A stretch of 64,000 nt of DNA from an uncultured delta proteobacterium (GCA_963736855.1 CAVTQK010000021.1:160001-224000), one strand, 5' to 3'. Shown: positions 50,939 to 61,533, counted from the stretch's first letter. Program-made: numbers and translations. The notes: generated by a model from the letters alone, not told the origin.

Positions 50939-52498
50939 ATGGGTTTTTCAGGAAAAATCGGATACGTCGATTTAGGCAAGAGAACGGTGGACATCGTATC
51001 AGTTCCCTATGACTTGCGACGCAGGTTTTTGGGGGGCCGAGGAATCCATGCATATCTTTCCCTTCAGGGTCTTTGCAAAGAACCCAATCCTCCAAAATCA
51101 AAAAAAGTGATTGCACTGGGTTCGGGAGTCCTTTCAGGGTTCGGGGCGGGTCCCTTGGAATGCGCCGGATTTTCGACCCGTTTTCCGCTGACGGATCGAT
51201 ACGGTTTTGCAGCGATCCCCGGAGGATTCGGGGCCGGAATGCGATGGGCCGGATTCGATCATCTCGTAATTTCCGGCAGGGCTAAACGTCCTGTGTATCT
51301 CCTGCTCAAAGACAGCGGCGTTCAATTTTTAGATGCCGGGCACTTGAAAGGAAAAAGCATATCCGAATCCATCGAAATGATCCGGGATGAGATTAAAAGA
51401 TCGGATTTACATGCGGTGGTGATCGGTCCGGCAGGCGAAAACGGGGTGTACTTTGCCGATGCGGCAACGGAGGAAGGGTGGAGGTTCGGCAGGGCCGGAG
51501 CCGGAGCCGCACTTGGGAGTAAAAACATTAAAGCCGTCGTTTGCTGCGGTATCCGGGATGTTCCGGTGAAACATCCCGGAAAGCTTTTAAATCTGCTGAA
51601 AGAAATATTCGATGTCATGATTGCTTCCACTGACTCGGATTTGATCGACAAGAAGCCGGCGGGAGAGGATTTGCGGGTTTATTCGGCAACCCGGGAACTG
51701 GGAATGGATTATCAAACCAGCCTGGATGCTTTGACATGGGCCGAGCAATTGGCGAAATTCGGTCTTCTCCCGAAACAAACAAGTAAGCGCATGGGCATTT
51801 CTGTAAGTGAAAAAAATGACCCCACACCTTTTCTCATGCGGATCGCATCCGGAAAAGACTCGGCAGCTCCGTGGGGATGGGGGCCCTTGAAGGCGGCTGA
51901 AAAATTCGGGCATGAGAGTCTTAAATATTTCCCTTCATTGGAAGCCATTTTGCGGATCTATGCCGAGGAAGCTTTTGATCCGATGGATTCACGCCGGTGG
52001 ACTCTTTTTTCCCCGGATGGCGTTGTCTGCAAAGAAGGAAAATCAAAGACTCGGGGAATGCATGACCCGGAAAAGAAGGAACGGTCGCCGTTTCAGATCC
52101 ATGGAAGGACTTTGCCGGCGGAAACGGTGGAAAACCTCATCGCCAACTGCCTGGGAATCGGGACGTTGCGTCTTTCCCGGGACCCTGCCGGAGAAATTCA
52201 TCTGAAGACCTTCCGAAACATGGTTCATTTTTCAGTGGGATTGGAATTCAGCGAGACCGAACTGGTCGAAATTGCTTTTCGTACTTACGCCATGGAACAT
52301 CTGCTCAATGTTCGGGAAGCGGCGCGGGAATCGGTTACACCATCGATTTTTTTTAAATATTTTGACGGCGATGATCGAAAAAGGTTTAAAGCATTGATCA
52401 AAAAGACGGGCCTCAAAAGGGGATGTAAACGATCTCTATTAAAACGAGATGTTTTCAAAGAGCTTCAGATCGAAGATATATGGCCCTTGAAGCGATAG
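50939..52498 (+). CDS. Degenerate AOR-family protein
   Basis: AOR N-domain (FLGGRG, WAGFD, IGPAGEN, LGSKNIKA) but no CxxCxxxC and no EY motif. Confidence 0.8.
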   Translation: MGFSGKIGYVDLGKRTVDIVSVPYDLRRRFLGGRGIHAYLSLQGLCKEPNPPKSKKVIALGSGVLSGFGAGPLECAGFSTRFPLTDRYGFAAIPGGFGAGMRWAGFDHLVISGRAKRPVYLLLKDSGVQFLDAGHLKGKSISESIEMIRDEIKRSDLHAVVIGPAGENGVYFADAATEEGWRFGRAGAGAALGSKNIKAVVCCGIRDVPVKHPGKLLNLLKEIFDVMIASTDSDLIDKKPAGEDLRVYSATRELGMDYQTSLDALTWAEQLAKFGLLPKQTSKRMGISVSEKNDPTPFLMRIASGKDSAAPWGWGPLKAAEKFGHESLKYFPSLEAILRIYAEEAFDPMDSRRWTLFSPDGVVCKEGKSKTRGMHDPEKKERSPFQIHGRTLPAETVENLIANCLGIGTLRLSRDPAGEIHLKTFRNMVHFSVGLEFSETELVEIAFRTYAMEHLLNVREAARESVTPSIFFKYFDGDDRKRFKALIKKTGLKRGCKRSLLKRDVFKELQIEDIWPLKR

Positions 52499-52511
52499 CA
52501 GGAGGAAAGTT

Positions 52512-53009
52512 GTGGTTGAAAAAATACTCCAAATCGATCCTCAAAAATGCACGGGGTGCAGGCAGTGTGAAATCGTTTGCGCCATCCGGTGCAATGCGTC
52601 CGGAAATCCATCCGTGTCCCGCATCCGTGTTTTTGAATGGATGGAAAGCTCTTTTTTTATCCCGGTTGTTTGCCGGCAGTGTGAAGAGGCACCGTGCCTG
52701 GCGGCCTGTCCCAGGGAAACTATTTATCGTGACGAGCTTCTCAATCGCATCATGGTGGATTATGGGCGGTGCGTCAGCTGTCGGATGTGCGTGGCCGCAT
52801 GCCCCTTTGGTGCCATGGGATTTGATGCACCCAGACAGACGGTCTTCAAATGCGATCTTTGCGACGGGGATCCCCAATGTGTAAAATTTTGTTACCCCGG
52901 TGCCCTGAGTTATACCCGCCCTGAAGCCTTGCAGTACGAGCATATCCGTCATGCGGCAAGAAATCAGGCCGGAGTAAAGGAGAACAAGACATGTCATACT
53001 TTCGGGTAA
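52512..53009 (+). CDS. 4x[4Fe-4S] protein, paralog of 47091-47597
   Basis: CTGCRQCEIVC, CRQCEEAPC, CVSCRMCVAACPFG, KCDLCDGDPQC. Confidence 0.93.
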   Translation: MVEKILQIDPQKCTGCRQCEIVCAIRCNASGNPSVSRIRVFEWMESSFFIPVVCRQCEEAPCLAACPRETIYRDELLNRIMVDYGRCVSCRMCVAACPFGAMGFDAPRQTVFKCDLCDGDPQCVKFCYPGALSYTRPEALQYEHIRHAARNQAGVKENKTCHTFG

Positions 53010-53395
53010 ACGAACGGTGCAACGGTTGCCTGGCCTGCGTGGAGAACTGTCCTGCCGATGCCTTGAGCGCCCATGATTCCAAAGGGCACCGGACCCTCTT
53101 CCACAACATGGCTCGTTGTGCCAGATGCGGAACTTGCTGGCGGATATGTCCCCAAAACGCCATTGAGTTTGAGTATTTTTTGAAAGGAGATTGGGATACC
53201 GTTACGACATTGGATCTCGTCAGGTGTGACATTTGTGGCGACGTCCTCTACACGGCGCCTTTCAGCAAGACCGTGTCGGAAAAACTGAGCCGAGAGATGA
53301 AAGCCCTTTGCCCAAGACATCGGGAGTCCATCGACGCCGTCGCCCGTGCCGTATATTTTCCGGGATTGAAAGGGAAACACGAGGTGGTGTCATGA
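52991..53395 (+). CDS. 2x[4Fe-4S] ferredoxin-like protein with extra Cys motifs
   Basis: CNGCLACVENCP, CARCGTCWRICP, CDIC, CPRH. Confidence 0.9.
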   Translation: MSYFRVNERCNGCLACVENCPADALSAHDSKGHRTLFHNMARCARCGTCWRICPQNAIEFEYFLKGDWDTVTTLDLVRCDICGDVLYTAPFSKTVSEKLSREMKALCPRHRESIDAVARAVYFPGLKGKHEVVS

Positions 53396-54066
53396 TCGTC
53401 GGGGATTTAAAGCCGATTGATGAAATTATCTCCATGATCGACGGTTATCGGAAGATCCTGGTTCTCGGTTGCGGAAGCTGTGTCACCGTTTGTCTTTCCG
53501 GAGGAGAGCGCGAGGCCCGGCAACTGGTCCGGGAGATTTCCCACCCGATGCATTATGTGGGGGATCCCCCTGAATTTTCGGCGGGATCCATCCTGCGGCA
53601 GTGCGAACAGGATCTGGTTGCTTCCTACCAGAAAATAGAACCGGGTACGGATGCCGTGTTATCCTTGGCGTGCGGAGCCGGTGTACAGACCATGGCGGAT
53701 GCCTTCGAACCGCTTACCATTCTGCCGGCCATCAACACGACCTTTTTCGGAGCGTCCTCAAAGCCTGGAACATGGAGCGAGGTCTGCCGGGGGTGCGGGA
53801 ATTGCGTGCTTTCCCATACCGGCGGAATCTGCCCCATTGCACGATGTGCCAAGAGCCTGTTCAATGGACCGTGCGGGGGATCGCAAAACGGAGCCTGCGA
53901 GGTCGACCCGAACACACCTTGTGCCTGGATGATGATCTATTACCGATTGAAGATGCAAAACAAACTTCATCTCCTTAACGAAATGCGTCCACCCCGGGAT
54001 TGGCGGAACGGAGGCGGTTCCGGCCCTCGTTCGCGGATTCGCACCGGTGTCGGCGATCCTCAATAA
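53392..54066 (+). CDS. metV: MetV-like (MTHFR small subunit / MTHFR_C domain) protein
   Basis: MIVGDLKP, GCGSCVTVC, RQCE, ACGAG, CRGCGNC, GICPIARCAKSLFNGPCGGS, CAW. Confidence 0.85.
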   Translation: MIVGDLKPIDEIISMIDGYRKILVLGCGSCVTVCLSGGEREARQLVREISHPMHYVGDPPEFSAGSILRQCEQDLVASYQKIEPGTDAVLSLACGAGVQTMADAFEPLTILPAINTTFFGASSKPGTWSEVCRGCGNCVLSHTGGICPIARCAKSLFNGPCGGSQNGACEVDPNTPCAWMMIYYRLKMQNKLHLLNEMRPPRDWRNGGGSGPRSRIRTGVGDPQ

Positions 54067-55079
54067 TAACCCTCAGGTGATGCCTTACCCCGGAATGTAT
54101 AGAAGCTATAGGCGGTATAGCCTAAAACCATGGGAAGCAAAAAGAGGGTACCCGCTAATAACAGGGATTGAGATTGCGGAGCTGCAGCCGCTTCCCACAA
54201 CGTGAATCGAAAAGGAACGATCCAGGGCCAAAGACTGATGCCCAACCCGAGATAGTTCATCAAGAAGATGCCGATGCTCAGGAAAAAGGGCCGGTACTCT
54301 TTCTTTCGGCGTAAGTCCCTCCACAAAAGTAAAAACATGCCAAAAGCCAGCAAGGGAAGGGGAGCCAGGTAAAAGAGGTTGGGGAGGCTGAACCACAAGG
54401 TTTTGATGTTTTTGTTAATCAACGGCGTACTCAGAGTGACCAGGCCCATGAACAAGGCCACACAAGCGCAGATGGAGCCGGTGTAATTGCGGGCCCATTC
54501 CTGGGTTTCTCCATCGGTTTTCATAATTATCCAGGTGGCCCCCAACAGCGCATATCCGAAGACCAGGGCTGCGCCCGTCATCAAAGCAAAAGGACTTACC
54601 CAGTCGAGTGCGCCGCCGGCAAAACGACGTCCTTCTACCGCGATCCCCTGCACAAAGGTTCCCAAAACCACCCCCTGCATGAATGCGGCTGTAAGCGATC
54701 CGAGGTGAAAGGCATGATTCCATGCTTTTCTTGACCACCCCGAAGCCTTGAAGCGAAATTCGAAAGCCACGCCACGAAAGATCAGCCCCAGCAGCATGAA
54801 GATGATGGGAAGGTAAAAGGCCGGCATCAGGACGGCATAGGCCAAGGGAAAGGCGGCAAAAAGACCGCCGCCGCCGAGGACGAGCCAGGTTTCGTTTCCG
54901 TCCCAGAAAGGGGCGATGGAATTCATCATCTGATCCCGGGATTGATCCGATGGGGCAAACGGAAATAGGATTCCTACACCCAGATCGAAGCCGTCGAGGA
55001 GAACATATAAAAAGACGGCGGTTCCGATGAGTGCGTACCAGATGAGGGGTAAATCCAGGATATTTTCAAAACTAAACAT
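54060..55079 (-). CDS. cydB: Cytochrome bd oxidase subunit II
   Basis: LDGFDLGVG, PFWDGNETWL, RGVAFEFR. Confidence 0.96.
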   Translation of the reverse strand: MFSFENILDLPLIWYALIGTAVFLYVLLDGFDLGVGILFPFAPSDQSRDQMMNSIAPFWDGNETWLVLGGGGLFAAFPLAYAVLMPAFYLPIIFMLLGLIFRGVAFEFRFKASGWSRKAWNHAFHLGSLTAAFMQGVVLGTFVQGIAVEGRRFAGGALDWVSPFALMTGAALVFGYALLGATWIIMKTDGETQEWARNYTGSICACVALFMGLVTLSTPLINKNIKTLWFSLPNLFYLAPLPLLAFGMFLLLWRDLRRKKEYRPFFLSIGIFLMNYLGLGISLWPWIVPFRFTLWEAAAAPQSQSLLLAGTLFLLPMVLGYTAYSFYTFRGKASPEGYY

Positions 55080-56475
55080 GGAATCCTCCCGATTCTTGGC
55101 TCCTATCCCCGACCAGCAAGGGTTTTTTAAGACCATGGGCTCCGAAGGAGGCATCTTCCGGGATATCCGGGCCTTTCATGATCAGCTTTAAGATGTAATA
55201 GGTTCCCGCGCCGAAGATGATCGTGTAGACCAGGACAAACGCTCCGAGTGACAAGGCAACGGGGCCGGATCCTACCGGAGAAACCGAATCGGCAGTCCGC
55301 ATCACATTGTAGACGATGAAGGGCTGTCTGCCGATTTCCGTGACACACCACCCGGTCAGCACGGCTAAAAATCCCGAAGGCGTCAAGGCCATACACCAGA
55401 GCTGAAACCATCGGGTGTCAAAAAGTCTTTTTCGCCAAAAAAGGATCAAGGACGCAATACCGGTGGCAATCATGAGCAAACCGATCCCCACCATGATCCG
55501 AAACGACCAGAAAATCCAGGCCACGGGCGGCCGATCTTCAGACGGCCACTCCTTGAGCCCTTTCACTTCGCCGTTGAAATCATGGGTGAGGATCAGGCTG
55601 GACAACTTGGGGACTTCCAGAGAGAAAAGGGTCGTCTCTTTTTTCTGGTCAGGCCAGCCGAAGAGTTTCAGGGGGGCTCCACGCTGGGTTTCCCAGAGCC
55701 CTTCCATGGCGGAAACCTTGGCCGGCTGATGCTCCAGGGTGTTTAAACCATGAAGGTCTCCGAAGAAAAGCTGCAACGGAGCCACAAACACGGCCATGAT
55801 CATAGCCATGCCGAACATCACCCGGGCGGAACCCTCGTGACGCCTGCGCCACAGATAATAGGCCCCGACACCCCCCACAACGAATGCGGTGGTGAGATAT
55901 GCCGCCGTGACCATATGAACGAATCGATAGGGAAAAGACGGATTAAAAATGATATGGATCCAATTCGTGGGGTAAAAGATGTCATCCGATCCCTTGATAA
56001 ACCCTTGGGGCGTCTGCATCCAGCTATTAGCCGAAAGAATCCAGAAGGCGCTGATCAGCGTGCCGGCGGCCACAATCACCGTGGCGCCAAAGTGGGCCTT
56101 TTTTCCTACCCGTTTCCATCCAAAGAGCATGATGCCTAGAAACGACGCTTCCAGGAAGAACGCCGTCAGGACTTCAAAACCCAGCAGGGGGCCGAGAATG
56201 TTACCCGTACGGTCCGAAAAGGCCGACCAATTGGTGCCGAACTGGTAAGAAAGCACCACCCCTGAAACCACCCCCATGCCGAAATTAACAGCAAATATTT
56301 TCACCCACATTCGGTAGACCGATTCATAAACCGGGTTGCCGGTCTTCAGCCAGAGCCATTCCACGACAGCCAGCCAGCTGGCGACACCGATGGTAAAGGC
56401 CGGAAACAGGATATGGAAGGATACGGTGAAAGCGAACTGAAGTCGTGCCAAAAAGACGGGGTCGAACAGGTTCAT
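55072..56475 (-). CDS. cydA: Cytochrome bd oxidase subunit I (short Q-loop)
   Basis: RLQFAFTVSFH, QFGTNW, NSWMQTP, QPAKVSAMEG, TEIGRQP. Confidence 0.96.
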   Translation of the reverse strand: MNLFDPVFLARLQFAFTVSFHILFPAFTIGVASWLAVVEWLWLKTGNPVYESVYRMWVKIFAVNFGMGVVSGVVLSYQFGTNWSAFSDRTGNILGPLLGFEVLTAFFLEASFLGIMLFGWKRVGKKAHFGATVIVAAGTLISAFWILSANSWMQTPQGFIKGSDDIFYPTNWIHIIFNPSFPYRFVHMVTAAYLTTAFVVGGVGAYYLWRRRHEGSARVMFGMAMIMAVFVAPLQLFFGDLHGLNTLEHQPAKVSAMEGLWETQRGAPLKLFGWPDQKKETTLFSLEVPKLSSLILTHDFNGEVKGLKEWPSEDRPPVAWIFWSFRIMVGIGLLMIATGIASLILFWRKRLFDTRWFQLWCMALTPSGFLAVLTGWCVTEIGRQPFIVYNVMRTADSVSPVGSGPVALSLGAFVLVYTIIFGAGTYYILKLIMKGPDIPEDASFGAHGLKKPLLVGDRSQESGGFHV

Positions 56476-56612
56476 GGTATTACCTCTTTACCTATCGGTT
56501 GGGAGGATGCTGATTTCTAAAAAACCGGGAAGTAGATTTATACTTCAAATATGTCCTAAAATCGAGATTTTTCCTTTTCCATAGAGGGCGCTGTCTCTGG
56601 TGATCGGAAAAA

Positions 56613-56640
56613 TTGACATCGGCAGCGGATCGGTGATAAT
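56613..56640 (+). promoter_or_regulatory. Putative sigma70 promoter
   Basis: TTGACA-N16-GATAAT upstream of the HD-domain gene. Confidence 0.45.
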
Positions 56641-56781
56641 GACTTCAGAGGTTTTTATTGTCAAAGCTTCCTTACCAAGAGCTGACATCGAAGCTGCTTA
56701 TATCTATGGCATCCATAGACCGGGGAAGTAGTGCATCTTTATCTTCATAATTAATCGAGCGCAGGAATCAGGAGGCCCGCG

Positions 56782-57357
56782 ATGAACATTGAAACACCGA
56801 CCCGGCAGGAAGCCCATGATCTGCTGCTTAAGTATAATCAAAGTGAAAGCCTGATCAAGCACGCCCTGGCCGTGGAGGGGGTGATGCGCCATTTCGCCAG
56901 GAAGTTCGGCGGGGACGAGGAGAAATGGGGTATCATCGGCCTGGTTCATGATCTGGACTATGAGCAGTTTCCAACTGTCCATTGCAAAAAAAGCGAGGAA
57001 ATCCTTAGGGAAGCCGGCTGGCCGGAAGAGTATGTCCGGGCTGTCATCAGCCACGGATGGGGGATCTGTACCGACATTGAGCCCAAGACGACCCTGGAGA
57101 AGGTTCTCTTTGCCGTCGATGAACTGACCGGGCTGGTGGTCACTTCTGCGCTGGTGAGACCCTCGAAAAGCGTGATGGACATGGAGGCCAAATCGGTCAG
57201 GAAGAAATGGAAGGACAGGCGCTTTGCAGCCGGTGTGAACCGGGAGATCATCGAAAAAGGCGCAGCGCTTTTAGGTATGGACTTGACGGAACTCATCACG
57301 GAGACGATCCTTGGAATGCGAAATGTGGCCGGGGAGATCGGCTTGAAAGGATTATAG
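56782..57357 (+). CDS. HD-superfamily (HDIG) hydrolase
   Basis: KHALAVE, GLVHDLDYE, AVDELTG, FAAGVNR. Confidence 0.92.
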   Translation: MNIETPTRQEAHDLLLKYNQSESLIKHALAVEGVMRHFARKFGGDEEKWGIIGLVHDLDYEQFPTVHCKKSEEILREAGWPEEYVRAVISHGWGICTDIEPKTTLEKVLFAVDELTGLVVTSALVRPSKSVMDMEAKSVRKKWKDRRFAAGVNREIIEKGAALLGMDLTELITETILGMRNVAGEIGLKGL

Positions 57358-58779
57358 GGGGCGATCCGGAAAGATCACCCGGGCTCCGTGGAGATACCCT
57401 GAATATCGAGGGCTTTGTATCGGGCATACGGAAAAGAATAGGGTCGCCGGGACCGACTGACCGGTACGGGGATCCTCCGGGGCGAACACTTTTACCGCAG
57501 CCTCTTCGCCCACGATGGCAACTCCCGCAAAATCCAATCGGCTTTCTTCTGAGGTGACGGCTACCTCCCCTTCGATCCTACCGCCGGTGACGACGATTTC
57601 CGAACGGCAGGCAGTGAGGGCCGTCTTGTTTGGGCCGATGCGGCTGTTTTCGATAATCACCGAGGATTCCAGAATCCTGACAGAAGAGGTCCGGACATTA
57701 TTCAGCAGGACGGATCGGCAATTGGTGATTTCGATGGCATCGTAGGATCCTTCAAATACCGTGCCGGATTGATCTTGGCATCTGCCGGTTCCCTTGGAAG
57801 GTCCGGCAAAGGATTCAGCGGTTTCCGTCACCCGAGTTTTGGGAAGAGGCTTTTGCGGTTCGCTGAGAAACGCGAGAACGGTCCTTGCGAATTCTTTGGG
57901 TTGCTCCTTCATCAACACATGCCCTGCGCCTTTCATCCACTCCAGGCGCGCATCCGGAATCTGAGAAGCCAAAAGGGTGGCTGTTCTAGGCGGCGCGATA
58001 TTGTCCTGAGTTCCCCAGATAATAAGGGTAGGGGTGAGGATCCGGCTAATGAGGGGGCTGAAATCTTCCACCGCAGTGGCAAAGGCGGCTATGCGGATTG
58101 GATCGGCTTGCAGAAATTTTTCACGGGTCAGCGGCGTAAAAAGGATCCATGCGTCGGGTATCGATTTTCCCGCCGCCCGGCGCAGTACCGCCTCCGCGAT
58201 CCGGTCCAGAAAGGCATCCTGCTGAGGAAAGATATCCGGGAGCAGGCGGCTGCCGCTCTGGGCAAGGAAACGGGAATAGACCTGCCGGTGGAGGATCCCA
58301 GGCACCGAAGCAAGGACCAGGCGAGACACATTCCGAGGATGTGCGGCGGTGTAACACAGGGCGACGGCGCCTCCCATGGAGTGGCCAACGAGGTGCACGG
58401 GTCCTTTTGCAAATTGCGGCAGAAGGAATTCCATCAACTCGGCATACCGGGACGGAGAGTATAGGTCATTTCCAGTGTCAGATTGACCGAAACCGGGAAG
58501 GTCAAATGCCAAAACGTGAAATTTTTGGGCTAACTCCGGGAAGATCTCTTCCCAGTCTCTCGAAGCCGAAGTACCCAGGCCGTGTATCAGAACCACGGTC
58601 TTTAAGTGATGACGGCCTGCCTCCTGCACATATACGCGGCCGTTAAAGATCGGTTCCGGTACAAGGCTTTCTCTTCGATCCTGAATCTCTCCGACGGACG
58701 TGCCGAAGGATGATACAGGAAAAAATACCACCCATAACAAAGGGAATATCCCTAATGTCCGTATCAAAGATTCAAGCAT
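57352..58779 (-). CDS. Exported alpha/beta hydrolase with C-terminal beta-rich extension
   Basis: LIHGLG, DLPGFGQS, GHSMG, WGTQD, AGH; N-terminal hydrophobic segment. Confidence 0.88.
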   Translation of the reverse strand: MLESLIRTLGIFPLLWVVFFPVSSFGTSVGEIQDRRESLVPEPIFNGRVYVQEAGRHHLKTVVLIHGLGTSASRDWEEIFPELAQKFHVLAFDLPGFGQSDTGNDLYSPSRYAELMEFLLPQFAKGPVHLVGHSMGGAVALCYTAAHPRNVSRLVLASVPGILHRQVYSRFLAQSGSRLLPDIFPQQDAFLDRIAEAVLRRAAGKSIPDAWILFTPLTREKFLQADPIRIAAFATAVEDFSPLISRILTPTLIIWGTQDNIAPPRTATLLASQIPDARLEWMKGAGHVLMKEQPKEFARTVLAFLSEPQKPLPKTRVTETAESFAGPSKGTGRCQDQSGTVFEGSYDAIEITNCRSVLLNNVRTSSVRILESSVIIENSRIGPNKTALTACRSEIVVTGGRIEGEVAVTSEESRLDFAGVAIVGEEAAVKVFAPEDPRTGQSVPATLFFSVCPIQSPRYSGYLHGARVIFPDRPL

Positions 58780-59740
58780 CTTCCGCATCTGCGTCGAAGA
58801 GGATGTCGACTGCCTGTTTTGCGGCAGAGAAGGGGTCAATCCGTCTTTTTTCAAGGGCCGCAAATAGAGTATCCAGTTTCTTTTTCTGCTGAAGCCGGGT
58901 CAGGGCTTTTTGTAAAAGCGCCTGCTGCAGGGCATTGAAGAAGGCGGCCCTGAGGCCTTTAGAATGAGTTTTTTCACCAGGATGTTTTTGGATATAATTG
59001 TAATGTTCAGAAATGGCGTCAATCAGGGTATCGATTCCCTGGTCTTTAACCGCTTCGGTTTTCAGGACCGGGGGCTTCCACCTCTTTTGAGATGAGACGC
59101 CCATCGCAAAAAGCGCCTTCATGTCGGCCGCCGTGCTGTCGGCGCCTTTCAGATCGGCCTTGTTCACTACCAGAATGGAGGCCGTTTCCAGGATCCCGGC
59201 TTTAATGGCCTGAATGCCATCCCCCATCCCGGGAATGACCACTAAAATGCTGGTATCGGCCAGATCCGTGATCTCTACCGCGTCCTGGCCGACCCCAACG
59301 GTTTCCACGATGATGATTTCCTTTCCCATGGCGTCCAGCACCGACACCATATCGTAAAGGGAACGGGAGAGTCCTCCGACGTGGCCGCGGGTAGCCAGGC
59401 TCCGGATAAAGACCCCCGGATCCGTGGCATGACGCTGCATCCGTATCCGATCTCCTAGAATGGCCCCCCCGGAGACCGGGCTCGTGGGATCTACTGCCAG
59501 GACGCCGACGGTCGTTCCTTTTTTTCTGTAACCGGCAATGAGGCGATCCACCAGGGTTGATTTTCCGGCTCCCGGGGGTCCGGTGATGCCGACAATGTGG
59601 GCCTTTCCGGTGTGCGGGAAAAGTGCCTTGACGGTTTCCAGGGCCAGAGGCGATTGTTCATCGATTTCCCGCATGAGCCTGGCTACTGCCCGGACATCGC
59701 CCTTTAATATAGACTCCATCATCGTTTCTGACTTTTCCAC
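58772..59740 (-). CDS. meaB: MeaB/ArgK family GTPase
   Basis: GITGPPGAGKST, DPTS, GDRIRM, ETVGVGQ, NKAD. Confidence 0.93.
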   Translation of the reverse strand: MEKSETMMESILKGDVRAVARLMREIDEQSPLALETVKALFPHTGKAHIVGITGPPGAGKSTLVDRLIAGYRKKGTTVGVLAVDPTSPVSGGAILGDRIRMQRHATDPGVFIRSLATRGHVGGLSRSLYDMVSVLDAMGKEIIIVETVGVGQDAVEITDLADTSILVVIPGMGDGIQAIKAGILETASILVVNKADLKGADSTAADMKALFAMGVSSQKRWKPPVLKTEAVKDQGIDTLIDAISEHYNYIQKHPGEKTHSKGLRAAFFNALQQALLQKALTRLQQKKKLDTLFAALEKRRIDPFSAAKQAVDILFDADAEDA

Positions 59741-59953
59741 CGCCCCGGTGATCCTTTCGGGAAAGCCTCATTCGATGCCCGTTTTTAACGAAAACACGGA
59801 TAAATTGCAATTGGGGACAAGAATTTCCTTTTCGATGCCGAAAGCGCAGGACACCAGACGGTTCGGGGATTGACGAGAAGAGGGGATCCGGCTTATAAAA
59901 ACATACCGCCTTGCGAAGGTGTTCCTGCTTTTTCATTAAAAAAAGGAGATGCC

Positions 59954-60478
59954 ATGGATCTTTCTGTTTTTGAAAAAATGGACCGGTCCGATCTGATGAA
60001 GTACATAAAGTTTTTGCTTTGGCACTACCGGGTCATGGATGCCTTCTGGTTCATCTATGTCGGGGAGCGCTTCGACCAGCCCACAGCCGAGCGGATCAAC
60101 GAGCAGGTCTGGAGCCGGGTTTCGGCCATGGCCGCAAAAGACCTGATCACCCGGTTCGATATTCGGGAAAAGGGCCTTGAAGGGTTTATTCAGGCATTGC
60201 GGTATTTTCCATGGTGTATCCTGGTAGGATACCGCATCGAGAAGGAGAACGATGTCGTGACGATTTCCGTACCGTCGTGTCCCACCCAGGAAGCCCGGCT
60301 GAAAAGGGGCCTGTCGGAATTCGTTTGCAAGGAAATGCATCGGGGTGAGTTTGCCAATTTTGCCCGGGTGGTGGATGATCGGATTCAGGTCGAATGCCTT
60401 TTTGCGCCCCCGGATCCCCATCCGAAGGAAATGTTTTGCAAGTGGCGGTTTTTTTTAAACGATCAACCGGAAAAATAG
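59954..60478 (+). CDS. DUF6125-like / V4R-like Cys-containing hypothetical protein
   Basis: [30 protein letters not shown]. Confidence 0.75.
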   Translation: MDLSVFEKMDRSDLMKYIKFLLWHYRVMDAFWFIYVGERFDQPTAERINEQVWSRVSAMAAKDLITRFDIREKGLEGFIQALRYFPWCILVGYRIEKENDVVTISVPSCPTQEARLKRGLSEFVCKEMHRGEFANFARVVDDRIQVECLFAPPDPHPKEMFCKWRFFLNDQPEK

Positions 60479-60744
60479 CCGTTCCACTTGCCTTTGAATC
60501 TCTCAGTCATTTAACGGTAGCCTTCGGCTTTTTTCATATATCGGTGAAACACAAAAACAGGGTCTGGTGAGGCTTCCAAACCAACGGCATTTTGGAGCCG
60601 AAGATCCGGCCACGGTTTCATTTCAACAGGGAAGACGTTTCTGAGTCGTGAAGGATGTCCGGCGGATTCTCCATGTATCTGATCAATTTCAATTTTTACC
60701 GAAGCCCGGGAATGGCCCCCTATGGAATCCGGGATGATTGAACG

Positions 60745-61533
60745 ATGATTATTGCAGGAATCGATAGTGGTGCGAAAAACACCAAGACGGTCATTTTAAA
60801 AGATGGCAAGAGTATCGGAAGAGGGAAGGCCCTGACCGGTTTTGACCTGATGAAGGCCGTGAAAGCTTCCCTGGCGGAGGCTTTAAATCAGGCGGGGATC
60901 CAGTGGGAGGATATCTATATGGTCGCCGGGACCGGGTCCGGAAAAGAAGCCATCACCATCGCCGATGTCAAGGTCAGCGATATCCAGGCGATGGCCAGGG
61001 CCGCCCGATACTTTTTCCCCCGTGTCCGTACAGTGGCAGATGTCGGGGCCGAAGAGGGGCGGGCGGCCAAGCTGGACGACAAGGGGGATATCGACGATTT
61101 TACCATCAATGAGAAATGCGCATCCGGTGCCGGCTCTTTCATCGAGGCCATGGCCCGGGCGTTGGAGGTGACCATCGAGGAGATGGGGACTCTGTGTCTT
61201 CAGTCGAACAAAGAGATCCCCATGAATGCCCAGTGTGCCATTTTTGCCGAGTCCGAAGTGGTGGGGTTGATTCATGCCAAGACCGCAAAGGCGGACATCA
61301 GCAAGGCCATACATGACTCCATGGCCAGTCGGATCGCAACCATGATCCGCCGTATCGGGGTGAATCCGGACGTCATGATGATCGGAGGGATGGCTAATAA
61401 TCCGGGGTTCATGGCGGCGGTGGAAAGAGAACTGAAAACGGATATCATCCTCATCCCGGAGAAACCGGAATTTGGCGCAGCCATCGGAGCAGCGTTGGCC
61501 GCCTCCGAAGAAAATCAAGCCAATGAAGCTTGA
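60745..61533 (+). CDS. bzdP: ASKHA ATPase activator, BzdP/BcrD-like
   Basis: GIDSGA, DVGAEEGRA, NEKCASGAG, NAQCAIFAESEV. Confidence 0.8.
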   Translation: MIIAGIDSGAKNTKTVILKDGKSIGRGKALTGFDLMKAVKASLAEALNQAGIQWEDIYMVAGTGSGKEAITIADVKVSDIQAMARAARYFFPRVRTVADVGAEEGRAAKLDDKGDIDDFTINEKCASGAGSFIEAMARALEVTIEEMGTLCLQSNKEIPMNAQCAIFAESEVVGLIHAKTAKADISKAIHDSMASRIATMIRRIGVNPDVMMIGGMANNPGFMAAVERELKTDIILIPEKPEFGAAIGAALAASEENQANEA

